From Eledone cirrhosa (Eukaryota), in contig OZ024762.1 of assembly GCA_964016885.1 (NCBI GenBank), positions 15,314,001-15,378,000 on the forward strand: DNA of 64,000 nt, in the 5' to 3' direction. The notes beneath the pieces were generated by a model that did no database searches, was not told the origin of the DNA, and saw only the letters and a list, made by a program, of their open reading frames with translations. The number at the start of each line of letters is the position of its first letter. The first letter of the stretch is position 1. Made by a program: the position numbers and the translations under genes. Positions 55,831 through 64,000 of this stretch are shown piece by piece.

Positions 55831-56300
55831 TTCTTTATTAGCCACAAGGGCGCACAAGAAAAGGGGACAAAACAAAGACATGCCGGGGATTTTACATACA
55901 GTTGTGTAAAAAATATAAAACAAACAATTATAACAATCGAAATCCCCAATAGGGAGGAGGCGCCACAAATGGGTTGTTTAATACCCCGTAGATAGAACAA
56001 CCCTCAACTTCAGAAGCGTGTTGTGCAAGTGCTCCTTTCTTCCTTTTGCTCTCTTCTTCAACCTACAGGTTTATAAACAGAGAAGGCCCAATCACTCGGG
56101 CCATTTTTGCCACATTCACCCACCTTTCAGTAAATTTACTGGGGTGCAGTGCCTCTCTCTCCACTCTGATTCTCCTTCTAAAGTGGTATTTAAAGAAGGG
56201 AATGAGTTGTTGTCCGGAGAGAAAGGCATCTGTCCTCAGTCCTCTCAATCTCGTCCACCATATAACCTCTTTCACCATAGCCACTATACAGAGGAAAACC
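55831..56300 (-). mobile_element. Tx1/L1-like LINE 3' end inserted in (GATA/GACA)n
   Basis: AMVKEVIWWTRL...FKYHFRRRIRVERE..FTERW; tail CCCTTGTGGCTAATAAAGAAA; related tails at 1435-1600, 57200-57360(-), 59695-59935. Confidence 0.7.
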
Positions 56301-56363
56301 AGATAGATAGACAGATAGACAGACAGATAAATAGACAGATAGGTCTCTCTATATATATATATA

Positions 56364-57090
56364 CTAGCAGTGGTACCCGGCGTTGCATGGGATAAATTAT
56401 TTTGGAACGCGGGCCGCCAACAGACCTAATCGTGGAAAAACTGCATGCTCGGACAATATGTAAAGAAAATAAGCCGAATACTCTGATGGCTGGATAATAT
56501 TTAAGATTTTCCTCGATGAAGCAGGAAAAATTTAGGTTTTCACCTAATGCGGGCCCTAGGGCATCAAGAAAATGAATTTTTTTAATGTGCATAATATGCC
56601 TTGAAATTTCGGGAAAATCGGCTAGACGTAACGCCTCAAAAAAGCCCTAAAATGCTGAAAAAATGAAATTTTCCACCTAATGCGGGCCCTAGGCCATAAA
56701 AAAGTTGCATTTTCTTTGCTCACGGTATGAAGAAGAGACTGACTAATACATAGTTACAATTTCAAGGAAATCGGTCTGGCGTAACGCCTCAAAGAAACCC
56801 TAAAAAGCTGGAAAAAACACAATTTTTCACCTAATGCGGGCCCTAGGCCATAAAAAAAGTAGGATTTTCTTTGCTCACGGTATGAAGAAGAGACTGACTA
56901 ATACATAATTACAATTTCAAGGAAATCTGACGTAACGCCTAAAAAAAAAACCCTAAAAAGCTGAAAAACGCAGTTTTTCGCCTAAAGCGGGAGGGGATCA
57001 AAAAGTTGATTTTTTTATGTGCATAACACCCCCTGAAACATAAGTAATACACATGTAAAGTTTGAAAATAATCGGTTGGGTACTTCTCGG
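56364..57090 (-). mobile_element. Non-autonomous Helitron (copy of 7335-8705 family) with internal ~130-bp repeats
   Basis: A|CTAGCAGTGGTACCCGGCGTTGCATGGG terminus; body matches 8330-8705. Confidence 0.75.
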
Positions 57091-57420
57091 GTTTCACCCC
57101 CTCCCCCCACACATACATACATGATGGTTGCCCCCTCGTTATCGAGTATGGCCATTGCACGAGAAAAAAAAAAATATATATATATATATATATTAATAAC
57201 AATAATAATAATAATAATAACAATAATAATAACGCTTTCTTTATTAACCACAAGGGTTTACACAAAGTAGACATTAAGGACGGTACAAAAGGGCATTTCT
57301 GCGTGTAAAAAAACAAAAAACAGAGGATGTAATAATAGAACAATGAAAACATTCCCCAATATATATACATATATATACACACACATAAACATATCTATAC
57401 ACACACACACACGATAGCAA

Positions 57421-57985
57421 TTAACAGCGCTGCGATCGAATGTGGCTTTTTATCCCAGCCAATGATCTAAAATGTCTTGCACAGTCTGCAACCAAAACAT
57501 TCACTGATAATAGCCGGCTTTGGTTGGAGTTCATGTACTTTTGCATGTCGTTTGAGCCCTCCTGCTGATTTACATTCTCTAGCACATGTTTAGCAAGCAT
57601 GATGAGTAGCATCTCCAACAGCAGCCTGGTAGTCAACCACTGGTCTTACTTTATGACTGCGAAGATGACTTTCGAGTCCAGCTTTGCTTAGGCAGAGTCT
57701 CGCACAGACGCTGCATGTCAGCACCATAGGAGGACCCTCGCCGTCTGGAAGTGCAACAGCAATGCCCTTCCTCACATCCCGCTTTACTTTCTCGTATGCG
57801 ATTCGAGATGCCTCAAAGGCAACTTTTCCCTCATATACAGTCTTTCTCCATTTATTACGATCAGCAGCGATATTTTCCCATGTATCAGCAGAGATGTTAG
57901 CGTCTTTCAAAGAGGCTTTCAAGGAATCCTTATACCTCTTTTTTGGTTTATGTGGCGGTCGTTTTCCTTTAACTAACTCTCCATA
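57421..57985 (-). mobile_element. RTE (BovB-like) LINE ORF C-terminus with zinc fingers
   Basis: YGELVKGKRPPHKPKKRYKDSLK...WENIAADRNKWR...CSVCARLCLSKAGLESHLRSH. Confidence 0.8.
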
Positions 57986-58482
57986 CATACATACATACAT
58001 GGTGGCTGCCAACTCGTTTTCGAGTACGGCCACTACTTTATATCCATGTAGGAGAACCCCCACCGATGCGCTGAACGAGTGTGACTTTTTAGTCCAGCCA
58101 GCGACTTGAAAACTCTGGTACAAACACTACACTTGTGACAATTACTGACACATAGTGCTGGGCCCATGGTACCATGTGATGACAAGTGCAGAGAGATCTC
58201 CAGATATAAAGCAATGCCTGTGCCGTGAAGCTTTTATAGTGAGCAAAGGCACTGCACAAAACCAGTTCCACTCTCTTAACCAAGATGATATTTACCAAAA
58301 AGAAGAACAAGTCAACATCATTGGATACTATCAGGGTTGCATACATACATACATACATACATACATACATACATACATACATACATACATACATACATAC
58401 ATACATACATACATACATACATACATACATCCTTCCTCAATTTTATATATATATACATATATAGATTAAAATAACAGATTAA

Positions 58483-58533
58483 AGTTTAAGCAAAGAATCG
58501 TTGCTTTCATCCTTAACGGGATCTTCTGAAACT
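58483..58533 (-). ncRNA. Hammerhead motif with CAGAAGA core
   Basis: Reverse: AGTTT-CAGAAGA-TCCCGTTAAGGAT-GAAA-GCAA..TTGC-TT-AAACT; truncated relatives at 40915-41110, 19905-20010, 52180-52265. Confidence 0.6.
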
Positions 58534-58599
58534 AAAAACATCAATCTGTGAACGCAGAAGTAAATATTTCGAAAAACGTTGCAACCGAAGGAAAACAGG

Positions 58600-58900
58600 A
58601 AGACGTACCCTGGCAATGAACGGAAAATAGCGAACATAATACGTCATCAATGTTCGTCAGAATGTCGTAATGCAGACAGCCAGGCATACAGACAGATATT
58701 ATAAGAGCGCTACAGAAATGGATAACTGGCGCCTAACACCCCTTTAACAACACAAAATTGAAAAATAAAAGCTGCAGTTAATATCTTTAGACCGCAAGGA
58801 ATATAGAAATGCAAGTTTGAAGTCAATCGGAGTAGAAATGTGGATTTGTATAGACTTTGCAAAAATGAGGACACACACACAACTACAGTTTTATATATAT
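58600..58900 (-). mobile_element. Helitron-like 5' fragment
   Basis: Reverse TATATAAAACTG + (GT)n; shares CTTATAATATCTGTCTGTATG with 7580-7700. Confidence 0.5.
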
Positions 58901-58926
58901 ATATATATATACAGAGAGAGAGAGGC

Positions 58927-59000
<74 letters not shown>

Positions 59001-59954
59001 GGAGACAGTACTGGACAGATGCTTTATTTAACATGTATGAATGAAAAAGTTGACCTCGGCGGAATGTGAACTGAGAGCGCAGAGATCTGTAACAAACAAC
59101 GAAGCATTTTTTTCATTCATCCGACACCCTAGCGACTCTGCTGAATTCGCCGCCTTATTGTTGCTTGTTACTATGTGTGACTAAAAGGGGTTAAATAGCA
59201 GGATTCTCGAAGGTTCTATAATTTAAGGTAGAGGTCCCCAACCACCGGTCCGTGGATCATTTGTTACCGGGGTGCAAAGAAATAATTAACTCGTTTAAAA
59301 TTATATAATAGATAAATTGAATATTGGACTTTAATATAAAAAGATTTGAAAATTAGGTAGTAACATGTGCTTACGCCGTATTTGACTAAATAGAATTAGT
59401 CTTTTATTTGGGATTAAAAAAACCCCTCTGAATGGAAAAAAGGATGAGTATTGACGTACATGGGACACAAACCAGCAACATCTTTGGTGTGCCGGACCAT
59501 TACAATGGTAACACATTGGTCCGGCAAACCAAAGATGTTGGTTCGTGTCCCATGTAACGTCAATACTCATCCTTTTTTCCATTCAGAGGGTTTTTTTAAA
59601 TTTAGTCAAATTTAGTCAAATACGGCGTAAGCTCATGTTACTACCTAATTTTCAAATTCGCTAGCCATTTCTAAACTAAGCCTGCTTTGTGTCTCCCTAT
59701 AGAAGAAGAGAGCGAAAGGAAGAAAGGAGCACTTGCACAACATGCTCCTGGAGTTGAGGGTTGTTCTATCTACGGGGTATAAAACAATCCATTTGTAACG
59801 CCTCCCCCCTATTGGGGATTTCGATTGGTATATTTTCATGTTAAAACTTTTTTACACGACTGTATGTAAAATCCCCACCATATGTCTTTGTATTGTCCCT
59901 TCTTCTTGTGCGCCCTTGTGGCAAATAAAGAAATATATCTATATACATAAAGTC

Positions 59955-60140
59955 TCAAGTCGACTACATTATGATAAAAAAAAAATAGAAAAACTTCGTA
60001 CACAACTGCGAAGTATACAACACCTTCAGCAGGATGGGGTCAAATCACCGCACCACAACAGCAAAGCTTAAATTAAGCTTGAGAACCAGTAAAGCGTTAC
60101 CCACCAGAATCAACTATGATTGGACTTCACTAAGGGATCC
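59955..60140 (+). mobile_element. LINE (RTE-like) endonuclease-end fragment
   Basis: YNTFSRMGSNHRTTTAKLKLSLRTS resembles APE C-terminal SDH motif. Confidence 0.45.
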
Positions 60141-61019
60141 TTATTTGATCTTTATATTGTTACTGTTAGAAACAAGTACCCAAGCTTGTGCACGGAACAC
60201 GAATCCGTCACAGAGACACATTCACCAGGATTCTGATACGTGAAAAGATTTGTTTAAATATTCAATATTCATCTACTTTAATAAATTGCTCTCTTTATTG
60301 AAATATACTTAACCCTTTAGCATTAAATCGGCCATATCCGGCCAGAATTCTTTCACCTATTTCTGTTCAAGCTGGCGGTTAGCGGTAGTTCATACTGATG
60401 TTAAGGTATGGTTCTCAAAATAAAGAATATTAAAGTCCCATAGATTCGATACTATGTGAGATAATTATGTTAGGTAAAGCCTTTACCATGAAAATATAAT
60501 ACTAAATATAGAGTAATGTAAATGTTAATGGTGTCTGACGCTCTACCGATTCTGCCAATCCACCGCATAACCAATACTTGGGTATCAGTGTCAATTGGTC
60601 AGTTATATATGAATAATTGTTTCTACTTTTGGCACAAGGCCAGCAATTATCCCAGTGCATTACTGGTACTTTATTTTATCGACCCTGTAAAGATGAAAGG
60701 AAAAGTTAACCTCGGCGGGATTTGAACTCAGATCATAAATGGCCGTAACTCTATGCTGCAAAGCGTGGTGTCCGACCCTCTACCGATACTGCCAATCCAC
60801 CGCCCTATATATATGAATAATTGTTTCTACTTTTGGCACATGGCCAGCAAATACCCAGTGCATTACTGGTACTTTATTTTATCGACCCCCGGAAGGATGA
60901 AAGGCAAAATGAATAATGTTCTGGGGGATGTGTAGAATGTGTGTGTATGTTGTGTATGTGTGCGTGTGTTCGTGTATGTCTGTGTTGACTGATAAAAAGT
61001 CAGTCAATCATATTGATGG

Positions 61020-62610
61020 CCTCCCCACAGCCCCGGAGGACAGAATGGAGAAGGCGTTTCCACGGAGGACGGCAAATGAGACGCGCTGGAAGAGCCATTC
61101 CAACTCGCGAGGCTCACACCTGCGGCTGGCCAGCTCAGCGCCTATGGTAGTGAGTAGGGAGGTAGCCCTAGGGCCAAGGACACCAGAAGTCTGCACTGCT
61201 ACAGGTAACCAGCTCTGCACCTATGGTGGTGAGTAGGGAGGTAGCCCTAGGGCCAAGGACACCAGAAGTCTCCACTGCTACAGGTAGCTAGCTTTGCACC
61301 TATGGTGGTGAGTAGGGAGGTAGCCCTAGGGCCGAGGACACCAGAAGTCTGCACTGCTACAGGTAACCAGCTGTGCACCTATGGTGGTGAGTAGGGAGGT
61401 AGCCCTAGGGCCGAGGACACCAGAAGTCTCCACTGCTACAGGTAGCCAGCTCTGCACCTATGGTGGTGAGTAGGGAGGTAGCCCTAGGGCCGAGGACACC
61501 AGAAGTCTCCACTGCTACAGGTAGCTAGCTTTGCACCTATGGTCGTGAGTAGGGAGGTAGCCCTAGGGCCGAGGACACCAGAAGTCTGCACTGCTACAAG
61601 TAACCAGCTCTGCACCTATGGTGGTGAGTAGGGAGGTAGCCCCAGGGCCAAGGACACCAGAAGTCTGCACTGCTTCAGGTAGCCAGCTGTGCACCTATGG
61701 TGGTGAGAAGGGGGTAGCCCTAGGGCCAAGCACCAGAAGTCTGCACTGCTACAGGTAGCCAGCTTTGCACCTATGGTGGTGAGTAGGGAGGTAGCCCTAG
61801 GGCCAATGACACCAGAAGTCTGCACTGCTACAGGTAGCCAGCTCTGCACCTATGGCGGTGAGTAGGGAGGTAGCCCTAGGGCCGAGGACACCAGAAGTCT
61901 GCACTGCTACAGGTAACCAGCTCTGCACCTATGGTGGTGAGAAGGGAGGTAGCCCTAGGGCCGAGGACACCAGAAGTCTGCACTGCTACAGGTAGCCAGC
62001 TCAGCGCCTATGGTAGTGAGTAGGGAGGTAGCCCTAGGGCCGAGGACACCAGAAGTCTGCACTGCTACAGGTAACCAGCTCTGCACCTATGGTAGTGAGT
62101 AGGGAGGTAGCCCTAGGGCCGAGGACACCAGAAGTCTGCACTGCTACAGGTAACCAGCTCTGCACCTATGGTGGTGAGAAGGGAGGTAGCCCTAGGGCCG
62201 AGGACACCAGAAGTCTGCACTGCTTCAGGTAGCCAGCTGTGCACCTATGGTGGTGAGTAAGGAGGTAGCCCTAGGGCCAAGGACACCAGAAGTCTCCACT
62301 GCTACAGGTAGCCAGCTCTGCACCTATGGTGGTGATAAGGGAGGTAGCCCTAGGGCCGAGGACACCAGAAGTCTCCACTGCTACAGGTAGCCAGCTCTGC
62401 ACCTATGGTGGTGAGAAGGGAGGTAGCCTTAGGGCCAAGCACAGAAGTCTGCACTGCTACAGGTAGCCTGCTTTGCACCTATGGTGGTGAGCAGGGAGAT
62501 AGCCCTAGGGCCGAGGACACCAGAAGTCTCCACTGCCAAGGGTACGACCGCAAACCTGTCGGGGAGCGACCGGTATTTGGAGAGTTTGGCCTCCTCAACG
62601 AACGGGGCCG
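61020..62610 (-). mobile_element. CRE-clade RLE fragment with ~18x 79-bp tandem array (61140-62536)
   Basis: EEAKLSKYRSLPDRFAVVPLAVETSGVLGPRA...LFQRVSFAVLRGNA; CCTATGG recurs with 79-bp period. Confidence 0.8.
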
Positions 62611-63349
62611 ACAAAATAAAAGAAGAAGTCAAATTCTAAACATAACCAACTCATATGTGCAACTACTGGTCCGTTGTCCGGCATGAAGGCCGGTCTGGGG
62701 TATAAAAAAGGTTGGAGACCACTGGTTTAAGGGATTGATAGATAGCAAGGGGATAACAGCATTGAAGGCTAAATGTCAGGACATTGAACCGGTTCTGGGT
62801 TTATATGTGGGATAGGGTGGGGGTTGAGGACTGTAGATCATCATCTTAATCATAACCATCACCATCACAATCACCACCACCACCACCATCACCATCGTCA
62901 ACATCATCACCATCACTATCACTATCATCATCATCATCACCATCACCACCATCATCACCATCACATTGATCACCACCACCACCACCACCACCATCATCAT
63001 CATCACTATCACAATCACAATCACAATCAAAACACTGGGTGTATATATGTGTATGTGTGTGTGTGTGTGGGTGGGTTGTGGTCGTTTGTGGTGGCCGTGG
63101 GTGGAATGAGAATGTGTAGCGGGGAGGGGGGGGGGAGGTTTCACTGGCGACGGTGATGAGCGGAGTTTTACGATGATTGGCGGAGATTGGCGAAGAGTGA
63201 TGTGACACTTAATGATACTTAATTGTTTCTACTTTAGGCACAAGGCCAGCAATTAACCCAGTACATTACTGGTACTTTATTTTATCGACCCCGTAAGGAT
63301 GAAAGGAAAAGTTAACCTCGGCGGGATTTAGCTGGCTAGATGACATGTT

Positions 63350-63806
63350 AAGTAGGGAGATAGATAGAGGGGGAGGGGGGAGATAGATAGATAGAGAGAG
63401 AGAAGGGGAGGCGGGAGATAGATAGAGTGAGAGAAGGGGAGGCGGGAGATAGATAGATAGAGTGAGAGGGGGGAGAGAGTGGTGTGTGTGACAGAGAGAG
63501 AGAGAGAGAGGGGGAGAGAGTGGTGTGTGTGAGAGAGAGAGATGGTGAGAGAGAGAGAGACAGTGGTGTGTGTGAGGGAGAGTGAGAGAGAGAGAGTGGT
63601 GTGTGAGAGAGAGAGAGAGAGAGTGGTGTGTGAGAGAGAGAGAGAGAGAGAGTGGTGTGTGCGTGTGACAGAGAAAGAGAGAGAGTGTGTGTGTGTGAGA
63701 GAGAGAGAGTGGTGTGTGTGAGAGAGAGAGTGTGTATGTGTGTGAGAGAGAGAGAGAGTGTTTGGCGTGGGTGAGAGAGAGAGAGGGAGAGTGGTTTGTG
63801 TGTGAC

Positions 63807-63844
<38 letters not shown>

Positions 63845-64000
63845 TGGCGTGGGTGAGAGAGAGAGAGAGAGGGAGAGTGTGTGTGTATGAGAGAGAGAGA
63901 GAGTGGCGTGTGTGTGTGTGTGACAGAGAAAAAGAGAGAGTGTGTGTGTGAGAGAGAGAGTGGTTTGTGTGTGTGAGAGAGAGTGGTGTGTGTGTGTGAC
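63350..64000. repeat. (GA)/(GT) compound microsatellite
   Basis: Direct reading. Confidence 0.9.

Larger units (their letters stand above)
59229..62724. mobile_element. hAT (Charlie-like) element inflated by nested insertions
   Basis: ATTTAAGG|TAGAGGTCCCCAACC ... GGTTGGAGACCACTG|GTTTAAGG: TIRs plus 7/8 matching 8-bp TSD. Confidence 0.6.

Noticed and set aside
61140-62536. CRISPR-like regular array
   Set aside because: Pure tandem units without unique spacers, eukaryotic context, no cas genes; same applies to 5033-5463, 14970-15332 and 29150-29752.

Overview
Eukaryotic, very AT- and microsatellite-rich DNA; the repeat families suggest a cephalopod/Octopus-like mollusc (inference). Two host genes lie on the + strand. 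The first is three coding exons of PXMP4 (1737-1799, 5751-5949, 10602-10850; its first exon is upstream of the window). The second is the first coding exon of an SFRP1/2/5-type gene (38080-38926); no later exon was recognised. The rest is (TA)n/(CA)n/(ACC)n repeats, tRNA-derived SINEs, LINE remnants (CR1, RTE, Tx1, CRE), Helitrons and hAT/piggyBac/Tc1 MITEs. The striking feature, invisible in the ORF track, is a swarm of about 34 type I hammerhead ribozyme (HHR) motifs counted by eye, from more than 10 sequence families. They sit in short ORF-less elements embedded in (TA)n, often as fold-back palindromes with two divergent ribozymes, and are most likely non-autonomous Penelope-like element (PLE) ends. 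They include a U3-A8 compensated core, CAGAAGA cores, very long helix-II variants, a 'half-hammerhead' family always broken in helix II, and a cross-family covarying RCTC...GAGY 3' hairpin. Most listed ORFs are microsatellite artefacts. All folds were done by eye and coordinates of repeat boundaries are approximate.
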